This document shows, in pieces, positions 29,139-38,741 of a stretch of 64,000 bases of DNA. The notes below the pieces were generated by a model, which was given only the letters and a program-made list of their open reading frames with translations, did not search any database and was not told the DNA's origin. A program made the position numbers and the translations under genes. Source of the stretch: Myxococcota bacterium (GTDB lineage: Bacteria > Myxococcota_A > Polyangia > Nannocystales > Nannocystaceae); assembly GCA_039028615.1 (NCBI GenBank), contig JBCCHT010000023.1, forward strand, positions 64,001-128,000, in the 5' to 3' direction. Numbering within the stretch: position 1 is the first letter of the stretch; each line of letters opens with the position of its first letter.

Positions 29139-29464
29139 CGCTTCACCCCCAGCTCGGCCGAGAGAATGCCCTCGACGCGCTCCGCGAGCGCGCGCTGCTT
29201 GGGCATCACCGTGACGGCAAAGATGACCAGCCCGAGGCCGGTGAGCATGATCAGCAGCATGCCGAGCATTGCGGGCATGTCACGCACCAGCGGCATGACG
29301 GTGACCGTCTTTCCCTGGCTGTTGACGGCGGCAGCGACCCAACGGGAGCTCGACGCGGTGATCATGGGCCCCACGGAGCCCAGGTCCAGGTCGGGGCAAC
29401 GCGCCTGCAGGAGGCTACGGATCTGGTCCTTGGATACGGGTTCGGCGACTTTGATGTTGGCCAT
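29135..29464 (-). CDS. Small membrane protein
   Basis: One long hydrophobic helix; 4-nt overlap with the next gene. Confidence 0.6.
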   Translation of the reverse strand: MANIKVAEPVSKDQIRSLLQARCPDLDLGSVGPMITASSSRWVAAAVNSQGKTVTVMPLVRDMPAMLGMLLIMLTGLGLVIFAVTVMPKQRALAERVEGILSAELGVKR

Positions 29465-29549
29465 TCACCCGGTCATCGCGACGCCCCGGGGCCGTGTGCA
29501 CACTTTCTCGAAAAAAGTGCACGACCGCGTCGCACCGCCGCTCCGTTCC

Positions 29550-31748
29550 CTATTCCAGCGCCTCGCGGTGCTGGGCGACCGCCTGCATCATGTCCGGGAC
29601 CAGCGCGTGGGCCTTGGCCACCCGGTCGAGCATGTCGGGAACCTCGTCTGCCCGCCCGGCCGCCCGCAGCTGGGAGACCAGCCCCTCGAGGGTGGGGACC
29701 GCGAGGTCCGGCTGCAGCGCGCCCTCCAGCGCACGTTCGAAGGCGGAGATGGCCGAGCCGCGGTCACGGTCCCGCGCCGCCAGATACCCCCGCACCACCT
29801 CGCGGCGGGCGAGCTCGGAGTCGGTGGGCGGCACCTTGCCGTCGAGCCGCTCCGCCGTCTGTAGCCAGCGCCGTGACTGCGCCACCTCGTCGGTGCCGAG
29901 CATGTACCAAAAGGCGAGCTGCTCCGCCGCCTCTCGCATGACGCGATGGTGCTCGGCCGGCTGAGCGAACCCCACCGCGTTGTGCAGCCCTTCGAGCGCG
30001 CCCTGAGTGTCGTTGGCCTCCGCCAGGATTCGCCCTCGCGACAGCCACACCTCGGCGAGCAGCGGCGGGTCACCCGTGTCTTCCGCGATCTTCAGCGCCT
30101 CGTCGATGTCGCTGCGAGCCCGGCTCACGCGGCGGGCCGCTCGAGCCGCTTCGGCCGTGGCCAGCAGCCCACGGGCTCGCTCGACCGCTTCGAGCGTCTG
30201 GCCTTCCGGCAGCGTCAGCGCCTCGACCATGTGCGTGCTGCACCGAGACAGCATGCTCCGATGCTCCCCCAGCGCCGCGCGGAAGGTTCGCTGCGGCGGC
30301 TGCTCGATGAGCGCGTCGACCCGCCGTAACACATCGACCAGGCACGCTCGCCGCAGCTGATGGGTCGAGGTCGTCGCCTGCTCGGGATCGATGCACGTGT
30401 CGGTATAGAGCGAGCGCCACGTGTCCCCGAAGCGTCGCACCCGATCCACGGTCGTCGTCGCGTTGACACGCCCCACACCCGACCAGCCCTCCACGAGCTT
30501 GGGATGGGCGTCCTTGCCGGGCCGCTCCGGCCACCACGACTTCTCGAAGGCCCGCAGCTCGGCCTTGCGCTCGTCGTTCCACACCGCCGACCACCGCTCG
30601 TCGACGTCTCGACACGCGTCCGCGGTCGGAGCCGCGGGAGCAACCGTCGCCGCGGCCGCAGGTGCACCGACCCGGGGCGCGGCTCGAGACGAAGACATCC
30701 ACACCGTGACCCCGGCCGCCAGCGCAGCGCTGACCAGCAGCCCGCCGCCGATCGCCACCACGTTCGCCCGCCCGGGTGTCGGACGCAGCTGAGCGAGCAG
30801 GTCCTGCATCGACGGAAAGCGATCCTCCGGTCGACGTGCCAGCCCACGTCGCAGGGCCCGATGGACGCGGCGAGGAATCGGTCGGCGCGGCGGTATGACC
30901 AGGCCCGCTTCCATCGCGGCCGCCAGCGCAGCCAAGGTCCCGCCCTCGAAGGGGCGATGACCCGCCAGCGCTTCGTACAGAGCAACGCAGAAGCTGAACT
31001 GATCCGAGCGCGGATCGGCGGGCGCCCCCGTCAGCTGCTCGGGTGCCATGTACGCGGGCGTCCCGAGCACCATGCCCGTCTGGGTGAGCGCCACGTCGGT
31101 GACCACCTGCGACCCGTCGGCGTGATCGGGCGTGCCGTCGCTGACGAGACCGAAGTCGGTCACCCGCACGTGGCCGCGCTCGTCGAGCATCGCGTTGGAC
31201 GGCTTGAAGTCGCGGTGCACCAGGCCCGCCTGGTGAGCGATGGCCAAGCCCTCGCCCGCCTCGACGAAGCGCGCCACGATCTCTTCGGCGGGCCGCGGCT
31301 GCCGGAGCCAGTCCTCCAGCGTGCCGCCCTGGACGTACTCCATCGTGATGAACAGCGAGCCCTCGAAGTCACCGACCTCGTAGATCGCCACGATGGAGGG
31401 GTGCACCACCCGGGCCAGCGCCCGCGCCTCGCGTTCCAGCCGCGCGTGCGCCCCCGGATCTAGGCGATCGCCCGACAGCACCTTGAGCGCGACGAGCCGA
31501 TCCAGCCGACGATCCCGTCCGCGGTACACGATGCCCATCGCCCCCCGGCCCGCGATGCCCTCCACCTCGAAACGGCCGATGGTGCGAGGCAGCTCGGGAC
31601 GACCCGCCCGTGGCCCCGTACCGCCCGCCGCCGCGGCCACCAGCATGCGACACGTCGAGCAGGTGTCGATATGCGCCAGGATCTCGTCCACCGCCGACAG
31701 CTCTCCACGAGCAAACGCCAGCGCGGTGGCATCGTCGAGGCAGCTCAC
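29550..31748 (-). CDS. Ser/Thr kinase with N-terminal zinc-finger (ZAS-like) motif, TM and short TPR region
   Basis: SCLDD..HIDTCSTC; GRGAMG, HRDFKPSN, DFG, GTPAYMAPE. Confidence 0.92.
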   Translation of the reverse strand: MSCLDDATALAFARGELSAVDEILAHIDTCSTCRMLVAAAAGGTGPRAGRPELPRTIGRFEVEGIAGRGAMGIVYRGRDRRLDRLVALKVLSGDRLDPGAHARLEREARALARVVHPSIVAIYEVGDFEGSLFITMEYVQGGTLEDWLRQPRPAEEIVARFVEAGEGLAIAHQAGLVHRDFKPSNAMLDERGHVRVTDFGLVSDGTPDHADGSQVVTDVALTQTGMVLGTPAYMAPEQLTGAPADPRSDQFSFCVALYEALAGHRPFEGGTLAALAAAMEAGLVIPPRRPIPRRVHRALRRGLARRPEDRFPSMQDLLAQLRPTPGRANVVAIGGGLLVSAALAAGVTVWMSSSRAAPRVGAPAAAATVAPAAPTADACRDVDERWSAVWNDERKAELRAFEKSWWPERPGKDAHPKLVEGWSGVGRVNATTTVDRVRRFGDTWRSLYTDTCIDPEQATTSTHQLRRACLVDVLRRVDALIEQPPQRTFRAALGEHRSMLSRCSTHMVEALTLPEGQTLEAVERARGLLATAEAARAARRVSRARSDIDEALKIAEDTGDPPLLAEVWLSRGRILAEANDTQGALEGLHNAVGFAQPAEHHRVMREAAEQLAFWYMLGTDEVAQSRRWLQTAERLDGKVPPTDSELARREVVRGYLAARDRDRGSAISAFERALEGALQPDLAVPTLEGLVSQLRAAGRADEVPDMLDRVAKAHALVPDMMQAVAQHREALE

Positions 31749-31777
31749 GACGAGCAGAGTATAGGATTGCCGCCATC

Positions 31778-32689
31778 GTGGCCGACGAAACCCTCATCGC
31801 GGCATTCGAGACCGGCGGGCCTGCGGCCTCCGAGCGCTCGGACGCCGCCGAGATCGATGGTGCACTCCTGTCGGTGCTGCGACGGTCGCGGGAGCACGGC
31901 TCACGCCCCGCGGACGACGAGGCCTTCGTGGCCTACCTCGGGCAGCGCTGCGACACCGAAGACATCGTCGCGTTCCTCGAGCGCCTCGACGTCGAGGCCA
32001 TGGCGCTGGCCTTCGCGTGCCGCGACGGGGCGGGGCCGGGCCTCCGACGCTTCGAAGCCACGTACTTTCACGAGGTGAAGGTCGGCGCCTCCCGCCTGGG
32101 CTGCACCGAGGACGAGCTCGATCAGATCCGGCAAGCCACTCGCGAGGCGCTCTTCGGCCCGGGCCCAGACGGTCGGCCCAAGCTCCTGGCCATGACGGCG
32201 CGCGGCGAGCTCCGGGCGCTCATCCGTTTGATCGCGCTGCGAGCGGGGATTTCCCTGCGACGCAAGGAGCAGCGTCATACCGGCGACAGCGACGACGCCC
32301 TGCTCGCGATCGACGACCTGGGCGCCACCCCGTCGCTGGCCGTGGTGAAGGACCAGCACCGCGAGCGCTTCGCCGAGGCGCTGCGGGCCGCGGTGGCTCG
32401 GCTCGACGTGCGCGCGCGGACGCTGCTGCGCATGTACGAGATCGACGGGCTCGACCAGCGCGCCCTGGCCACCATGCACCGGGTCGATCGCTCCACGGTG
32501 GCGCGGTGGCTGGCCCGCGCTCGTCAGGACCTGCTGGCGCACACCCGCCGCGAGCTCGCCGAGCGCTTCGGCGTGCGCCACGGAGAACTCGACAGCTTCC
32601 TCGACGTGCTGCGCTCCGGCTTCGACGTGAGCGTCTTTCGCTTCCTGCGGCAGCACGACGCCGACTCGAGCGATCCCCCCGCCCGATGA
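31778..32689 (+). CDS. ECF sigma factor, Myxococcales family with N-terminal extension
   Basis: LAFAC..G; RTLLRMYEIDGL..LATMHRVDRSTVARWLARAR; paralog at 44540; GTG start inferred. Confidence 0.82.
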   Translation: MADETLIAAFETGGPAASERSDAAEIDGALLSVLRRSREHGSRPADDEAFVAYLGQRCDTEDIVAFLERLDVEAMALAFACRDGAGPGLRRFEATYFHEVKVGASRLGCTEDELDQIRQATREALFGPGPDGRPKLLAMTARGELRALIRLIALRAGISLRRKEQRHTGDSDDALLAIDDLGATPSLAVVKDQHRERFAEALRAAVARLDVRARTLLRMYEIDGLDQRALATMHRVDRSTVARWLARARQDLLAHTRRELAERFGVRHGELDSFLDVLRSGFDVSVFRFLRQHDADSSDPPAR

Positions 32690-32692
32690 GCG

Positions 32693-34465
32693 TCACTGAC
32701 CGGCTTGGATTCCCAGCCGCCCGGCGCCCTCGATCACCTGGTCCTCGACCCAGCGCAAGAACTCGGGGCTGGGTGCGAAACCACTCCCCAGTTCATACTC
32801 GAGCCCTTGCAGGAGCTTGCGCTCCGGGCCTTCGAGGGTCGTGCGTGCGGGGATGACCAGAACCCGTCCGTTTGCGCTCCCGCGCTCGACGATCCCTCGA
32901 ATCCGCTCGATCTCCGGACCGCGCTTTTTCGGCCAGTCTTCGCGCCAGGTCCCAATCTCGATCGCCCGAAAGTCATTGCCCCCCTGTTCCTTCATCTGGC
33001 GAGCGAGCGACTCGAGGACCCTGTTCCAGTGGTCGTTGTCCTCATCCTCGCCGGCCCCGTGTGCCACGACGAGGACCGTCTCCCGGCTCGGGTCTCGGGA
33101 CAACGCGCGAGCACGCCCGAGCAACGCGCCCGCGAACAAGGCGTCGTCCTCGATCCCTCCGACGCTCACCATGTGAGCCGTGCTTCGAATCCGCGGTCCA
33201 TCGTTCATGCCGTGGTGCCCGTGACCGCCGCGGGCCCTCCGGGAGCGTCCGCCGTGCTCGTGGTGCATGCCGTGCCCATGATGTCCGCCCTCGACGTCCT
33301 GGCCGAGCATGCGATCGACGGTCGGCACGAAGCTGGACTCGAGCCCGAACACGCGCACCACGACGATGGCCGACGCGCCCCGTGCTTCGAGGCGACGTAC
33401 GGCCTGCTCGACCACCGGCCGATCCGCCATCGAGAACGCGAACTCGACCTTGTACTTGGCGGTCAGCGGCTCGACGGCGTTCCTCATCGTCTCGTTCCAG
33501 TCGAAGGTCGCGCCATGGGCCAGGAACACCACCCCCAAGTCGTCGATCGTGAGTTCGCGGTGACGGTTCAGCTCGCGCTGCATCCACTGCGCCACGGCGG
33601 GATGAGGCAGCACGTCACCGCCGACGTATTGCGAGCGGCGGGGAAGGTAGCGCTTCACGAACCCCGAGATCGACATCATCGAGTCGAGCTTGATCCCGAG
33701 GTTGAAGGGCACCACGGCCGTCCGGCCGAGCCGAAGCATCTCTCGCGCAAACTCGCGGGTCACCTCCTTGCGGCGCTCCTCCTCGTCGGGCGAGTCGTAC
33801 TCGTGCCAGACCAAGCTGCGGACCCGACGCAATCCCAGACCCGCGGAGGCATGCTTCGCGATGCGATCGAGATCGGCTTGCATGGCCACCCGCTGCTCTG
33901 GCGTGAGGGCGCCGTAGGAGAGCAGCACGGTGTTGTGTCGCTTGGGCTTTTCGATCTGCCGCAGGCGCTCCGCGAGGATCTCCACGGCGAAATACGACTC
34001 ACCGAAGGGCGCGGACCACTTCGCTCCGACATCGGCAAGGAGGGCCTTGGCCTCGACGAACCGCGGGTGGTCGTCGGAGATGAACAGGGGCAAGACCACG
34101 ACCGAGTCCGACGCGAGGTGGTCCAGGGCGCGGCGTAGCTTGGCGTCGTCGCTCTTCCCCGTGAGCAACACGAGCTGAGCCCGGGCCCCGGTCGCAGCCA
34201 CGAATTCGCCGACCGAATCACGAAGCTCCTCATTGCCCATGAAGCCGCGATCGGCCGCGATCACGAGGACCGGAGGCAGCGACACCTCGACGGTCTCGGA
34301 GGCGGATTCATCGGCGGGCGGTGCCGGCTGTGGCTGTGGCTGTGGCTCCGCTGCCTCGGGAACGGCTCGAGGGGGCGCCGGCTCGGTCGGCGGAGCCACC
34401 TCGTCGGCCGGGGACGCGAACATGGTGACGAGGGCAAAGGCGAAGGCTCGCGTGAGTCCCAGCAT
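32693..34465 (-). CDS. Exported CbiX/SirB-like chelatase-fold protein with His-rich loop
   Basis: Signal-like N-terminus, Pro-rich linker, VVVLPLFISD, FLAHGA, VVAHGA, HHGHGMHHEH..HGHH. Confidence 0.65.
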   Translation of the reverse strand: MLGLTRAFAFALVTMFASPADEVAPPTEPAPPRAVPEAAEPQPQPQPAPPADESASETVEVSLPPVLVIAADRGFMGNEELRDSVGEFVAATGARAQLVLLTGKSDDAKLRRALDHLASDSVVVLPLFISDDHPRFVEAKALLADVGAKWSAPFGESYFAVEILAERLRQIEKPKRHNTVLLSYGALTPEQRVAMQADLDRIAKHASAGLGLRRVRSLVWHEYDSPDEEERRKEVTREFAREMLRLGRTAVVPFNLGIKLDSMMSISGFVKRYLPRRSQYVGGDVLPHPAVAQWMQRELNRHRELTIDDLGVVFLAHGATFDWNETMRNAVEPLTAKYKVEFAFSMADRPVVEQAVRRLEARGASAIVVVRVFGLESSFVPTVDRMLGQDVEGGHHGHGMHHEHGGRSRRARGGHGHHGMNDGPRIRSTAHMVSVGGIEDDALFAGALLGRARALSRDPSRETVLVVAHGAGEDEDNDHWNRVLESLARQMKEQGGNDFRAIEIGTWREDWPKKRGPEIERIRGIVERGSANGRVLVIPARTTLEGPERKLLQGLEYELGSGFAPSPEFLRWVEDQVIEGAGRLGIQAGQ

Positions 34466-34493
34466 CCGGTGCCCACTAGCGCACTCGCTCCTA

Positions 34494-34512
34494 AATGAAA
34501 ACAGTTTTCTTT
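34494..34512. promoter_or_regulatory. Fur-like box
   Basis: AATGAAAAC-A-GTTTTCTTT, an imperfect 9-1-9 AT-rich palindrome about 30 nt upstream of the CbiX-like gene. Confidence 0.55.
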
Positions 34513-34632
34513 TCGAGCTACGAGAATCCCCTTCAGGATCGACCACGGAGATTCTTGGGCCCCCGAATGATTCAGGCTTTCAAAGTTTGGGTCGAGGGTG
34601 CCCGATCGATGCGAGCACCCCCGACTCGTTCT

Positions 34633-36237
34633 TCAGTAAACGTCGGTTCGATAGCGGCCCGTCTCGACGAGCTGGCGTACGTACGCCTCGCCATCACAGT
34701 CGCCGTGCTCATGCGCCACCTGGGCGAACGCGGCCGCCACGGCTGGCGCCATGCTCTCCGCATCACCGCACACGAAGACGTGAGCGCCCTCCGTCAACCA
34801 CGTCCACAGCTCTCGACCGCGCTGAAGGATCTTGTGCTGGACGTAGACCTTCTCCTCCCGATCCCGAGACCATGCGAAGTCGGCACGATCGAGCACGCCG
34901 CGCTGCAGCCACGACGCGATCTCCTCGCGATAGAGAAAGTCGGTGGCCCGGTGCTGGTGCCCAAAGAACAGCCACGTCGCCGTGTCCATCTTCGCGGATT
35001 CGACCTCCTCGAGGTACCCACGGAAGGGGGCGATCCCCGTCCCCGGCCCCACCATGATCACTTTGGCGGCGTCGCGAGGGAAATGGAAGCTGGCATTGGG
35101 CACGAAGTGCATCGCCACGCGGTCGCCGACCTGCATGTCGTCGGCCAGCCACCCCGATGCGACGCCACGGAGCTCACGGCCGCGATGTCGATAGCGAACG
35201 GTCTCGATCGTGAAGGCCACGCGCTCGGGGTCCTTGGTCGGAGACGAGGCGACCGAGAACAAGCGCGGCTGTAGCTTGCGCAAGTTGTCGACGAGCACCT
35301 GCGGCTCGACCCCCGAAGCGTCCTGCTCGGTGAGGACATCGATGAGTCGACGACCGCGGACATAGTCCTGGACCGCTTCCTTGTCGCCCTCGCTCGCTCT
35401 GCGAGCGGGCCCCGATGCGCAGGAAGGCAACGCAGCGATGGTTTTGATGAGGTCTGAGCGCAGCTGAGCGAAACATGCCCCTTCGAGTGCGGCACGCAGC
35501 GAGCATGATTGACCGCGCCAATCGACGGGTTCGGTGCCGTCGAGCTTCAGTGCTTCGAGCACCGCCGCGACCTCCTCTTCACCATTGGGGGCGTGAACGC
35601 CGAAGCAATCGCCCACCTCGAACTCGACGTCCATCTCCGAGAGGTCGAGCTCGTAGTGCATCGTCTCCTTGGTCGAGCCCGGCTTGGACAGCAGGCGTTT
35701 GGCCAGGACCTTCGCGTGGGCAATACGCCCCGGCTGTCCCGCCGCAGGAGCCTCCGCGCGCGCTTCGGAGGCCGAAGGCTCTCCCTTCGGCGGATTTTCG
35801 TTCACATAGGCCAGGGCCGCATCCTTGAACTCGTCGAAGAACTCCTCGTACTCCTCGTCGCAGTCGACCCGGTCGAAGACCTCGTTCGCGCCGTGGCGAA
35901 GCATCTCGGTCTGGAAGTCCTTTCCACACTGCGCGAAGTTCTCGTAGAAGCTCGAGCCGAGACCGCAAACCGCGAAGCGAACCCCGGCCAGGTCCAGCTC
36001 TTCTTTCTGGAGGAACTCGAGCAGCTTCATCGCGTTGCTGGGGGGATCGCCGTTGCCATACGTGCTGGTGACGATGAACAAGAGCGGATGGTCGGCGAGC
36101 TCGCCCGGCTGGAAGCTCCCCATGTCGACCGACTGCGCCTGTCGACCCCGCTCGTTGATGGCCTTGGCCAGGAGCTCCGCGCACTCCTGAGCGTTGCCGG
36201 TCTCGGTCCCGAATAAGATTGGAATTGGGCGACCCAT
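34633..36237 (-). CDS. Diflavin (FMN/FAD/NADPH) oxidoreductase, CysJ/CPR-like
   Basis: FGTETGNA, TSTYGNGDPP, GLG (flavodoxin); RLFSVASS, GVASG, GPGTGIAPFRG, FFG, VCGDA..MA, RYRTDVY. Confidence 0.92.
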   Translation of the reverse strand: MGRPIPILFGTETGNAQECAELLAKAINERGRQAQSVDMGSFQPGELADHPLLFIVTSTYGNGDPPSNAMKLLEFLQKEELDLAGVRFAVCGLGSSFYENFAQCGKDFQTEMLRHGANEVFDRVDCDEEYEEFFDEFKDAALAYVNENPPKGEPSASEARAEAPAAGQPGRIAHAKVLAKRLLSKPGSTKETMHYELDLSEMDVEFEVGDCFGVHAPNGEEEVAAVLEALKLDGTEPVDWRGQSCSLRAALEGACFAQLRSDLIKTIAALPSCASGPARRASEGDKEAVQDYVRGRRLIDVLTEQDASGVEPQVLVDNLRKLQPRLFSVASSPTKDPERVAFTIETVRYRHRGRELRGVASGWLADDMQVGDRVAMHFVPNASFHFPRDAAKVIMVGPGTGIAPFRGYLEEVESAKMDTATWLFFGHQHRATDFLYREEIASWLQRGVLDRADFAWSRDREEKVYVQHKILQRGRELWTWLTEGAHVFVCGDAESMAPAVAAAFAQVAHEHGDCDGEAYVRQLVETGRYRTDVY

Positions 36238-36269
36238 GTCGTGTCCTCTGACCCGAGGAATATATGAAA

Positions 36270-36286
36270 TTGATATTCGTTTTCAA
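36270..36286. promoter_or_regulatory. Fur-like box
   Basis: TTGATATTCGTTTTCAA (reverse complement TTGAAAACGAATATCAA) about 33 nt upstream of the diflavin reductase. Confidence 0.6.
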
Positions 36287-36377
36287 CATAATCTAGCTCA
36301 CCGCGTTCTCGCCCTTCGCCCTTTTCCGCACAATCACTCCCCTGCGTGGCCAACAGGAGGACAGGGAGTGGTGACGC

Positions 36378-37448
36378 ATGCGACGACTGTGGCTGACGAT
36401 CGGGCTCGGAGCCCTCGGCGCGCTGGTGGGCTGTAACGGCGGAGCCGGAGACAACCCCTTCGACGATCCGACCACGGCCGCGGGGGCCACGGGCGACGAC
36501 CCCGGGCCGGACACCGACGGCACGCCATCGGGGGAGACCGGCTCGGCGCCGTCGGGGGACGCCCAGACCTCGAGCGAAGACGAGACGGGACCGAGCGACG
36601 ACGACGGCTCGGGGATCCTGCTGGACGTGGGCTCGCCCGATACCGACGGCCCGCCCACCAAGGGTGGCGACGGCTGTGCGTTCATCGACGTGTTGTTCGT
36701 CGTCGACATCTCGGCGTCGATGATCCAGGAGAAGGACAACCTCGCGGCCAACTTCCCCGACTTCGTGCAGGTGCTCGACGACTACATCGCCGACCCCAGC
36801 AGCAACGCGACGGGCTATCGCCTCGGGGTGACCAACTCCTCGGTGGTCGACAACGGGGCCAACCAGTCGACGATGGGGCTCGACGGCGAGCTCTTCGACG
36901 GCACGCCCTTCATCGGCGACTGCGGCACGGGCGGCTCACCGTGGCTGGACGGCCCCTCGCCGAGCATCACCGCCAACTTCAACTGCCTGGCGCCCGACCC
37001 CCGCTCCGATTGCGCCTCGTGCTCCGATTTCGGGCACGAGCGCCCGCTCGACGTGATCGAGATGTTCATCGAAAAGGCGGCCCCGGGCGGCGTCAACGAT
37101 GGCTTCTACCGCGGCGAGGATGCCCTGCTGGTGGTCGTGCTGCTCACCGACGAGGACGACGACGCGATGTTCTCGACGACCACGCCGGGCGCGACGAAGG
37201 CGGCCCTCGATGCGTTCGTGGGCGGCGAGGAGCGCCACGTGGTGGTGACCATCGCGGGGCCGGAGGCGGGCAGCTGCAACTCCGCCTTCGGATCCGCTTC
37301 GGCGGCGCCACGCCTGCACGAGTTCACCAACGCGTCGCCCAACGGGCTGATGGGCGACATCTGCCAGGGCGATCTGGCCGACCCGCTCGCCGACGCGCTC
37401 GCGCTCATCCAGCTGTCGTGCGACGCCCTGCCGCCCCCCGCGGGCTGA
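36378..37448 (+). CDS. VWA/MIDAS-like lipoprotein (paralog of 781..1920)
   Basis: LVGC lipobox, DNPFD, DVLFVVDISASM, VVLLTDEDD. Confidence 0.78.
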   Translation: MRRLWLTIGLGALGALVGCNGGAGDNPFDDPTTAAGATGDDPGPDTDGTPSGETGSAPSGDAQTSSEDETGPSDDDGSGILLDVGSPDTDGPPTKGGDGCAFIDVLFVVDISASMIQEKDNLAANFPDFVQVLDDYIADPSSNATGYRLGVTNSSVVDNGANQSTMGLDGELFDGTPFIGDCGTGGSPWLDGPSPSITANFNCLAPDPRSDCASCSDFGHERPLDVIEMFIEKAAPGGVNDGFYRGEDALLVVVLLTDEDDDAMFSTTTPGATKAALDAFVGGEERHVVVTIAGPEAGSCNSAFGSASAAPRLHEFTNASPNGLMGDICQGDLADPLADALALIQLSCDALPPPAG

Positions 37449-37527
37449 CTCTCGAATCGGGCCCCGTGGCGGCTCGTGCCTCGACCCGGGACGGCGGGGC
37501 ACGAGTCGCCACATCATCGACGCAGGC

Positions 37528-38559
37528 TCAGGCGTCGGGCTGATACCGGTGCCAGTTGAGCGCGTTGCTGCGGCTGACCAGGTCGTTGTAGGCGCGGCTC
37601 AGCTTGGCCGGCGTGCCGTCGACGGCGAACGCCCCCGAGCGCATGCGAATCTTCTCGTGGTCGGTGTAGGCCTTGTCGTCCCGCTTGCGGCGCATGAGTT
37701 CCTTGGCCGCGGTCTGCATGTCCCCCGCGGTATCGTGGAAGGTCGAGAAGATCGTCACCGTGCCCACCTCCTTGGGGTGAGCCTCGACGTACTCGTTCAG
37801 CTCCTTCAGCGCGGCGGCGTACTTGGCGATCGCGGCCTCGAACTTGGGCAGGTCGAGCTCGGGGTAGTCGGGCACGTCGCCGACCTTCAGCAGGGCCTTG
37901 GCCTCGGCCATCACGAGCGCGGTGAGGAAGCGAAGCTTGCGCCCGTCCTCCTTTTCCATGCGCTCGAGGTTCTTGCGCTGGATCTCGTCGTTGCGAACCT
38001 CGACCGCGTCTCGTAGCGCCCGATCGGCCTGCTCGAACGCCTTGAACGCCTCGGCCAGCTTCGGGTGGAACTCCTTGCCCTTGGCGAAGTCGTCGTCCAG
38101 GTAGTCCTTTTGATCGTAGTAGCGGTGGGCCTCGATGATCTCCGCCTGGGCCGTCTCGTAGGCGCCCTTCCAAGCCGTGGCAGCGGACTCCAGCTCTTCA
38201 TCCTTGGGCTCGGCCGCGTTCGAGGTGTCGATGCCCGTCAGGCACTTGTCGTCGCGCTTGACCTCGTAGAGGCCGTAGACGTTCTTCTCGGAGCCGGTCA
38301 CGCCCTTTTCGAAGTCGACCCAGCTGTAGTAGCGACGGATGGCGTCGTGCACGCGCGACGAGGCGTGGTTGATGCACTGGATGTAGCCCTGGAGCTTCTC
38401 GCCACGCTTGTCGTGCTCGCTGCGCTCGGGCGCGTCGGGGTTCGACTCCTGGCCCACGGCCATCTCCGCCCCCTTTTCCAGGGCGTCGGCGAAGTCACAG
38501 CCGGGCGAGAGCAGGGCGGCAGCGAGTAGAGAGACGAGGCTGAGTGTCGTGCGTTTCAT
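37528..38559 (-). CDS. YiiG/DUF3829-like lipoprotein
   Basis: SPGC lipobox; KLQGYIQCIN, YYDQKDYLDDDFAKGKEFH, YNDLV. Confidence 0.8.
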   Translation of the reverse strand: MKRTTLSLVSLLAAALLSPGCDFADALEKGAEMAVGQESNPDAPERSEHDKRGEKLQGYIQCINHASSRVHDAIRRYYSWVDFEKGVTGSEKNVYGLYEVKRDDKCLTGIDTSNAAEPKDEELESAATAWKGAYETAQAEIIEAHRYYDQKDYLDDDFAKGKEFHPKLAEAFKAFEQADRALRDAVEVRNDEIQRKNLERMEKEDGRKLRFLTALVMAEAKALLKVGDVPDYPELDLPKFEAAIAKYAAALKELNEYVEAHPKEVGTVTIFSTFHDTAGDMQTAAKELMRRKRDDKAYTDHEKIRMRSGAFAVDGTPAKLSRAYNDLVSRSNALNWHRYQPDA

Positions 38560-38612
38560 GGATTGGTGAGGGCGGACGGGGCCGCCAGCGGTGAAGTGAT
38601 CCGGGGCCCCGA

Positions 38613-38658
38613 GGGGTTCACGACTTTTTTCGGCCCGGGGAAAAAGTCGGTGAACCCC
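38613..38658. repeat. Long inverted repeat between divergent genes
   Basis: GGGGTTCACGACTTTTT ... AAAAAGTCG(G)TGAACCCC. Confidence 0.75.
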
Positions 38659-38741
38659 CGAGGCCGTGGGGACACTGGACGATCGGCGAGCCTTCCGCCC
38701 GCGTCGCTCCTGCCGATGCCGTTAGGCTTGCGGCCCCCGCC

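Noticed and set aside
32693..34465. Calling this gene cbiX of cobalamin synthesis
   Set aside because: About twice the usual length, signal-like N-terminus, and no cob/cbi genes or B12 riboswitch visible.
34633..36237. Calling this gene cysJ
   Set aside because: No cysI/cysH neighbours and a Fur-like box upstream; the fold is shared by many diflavin reductases.
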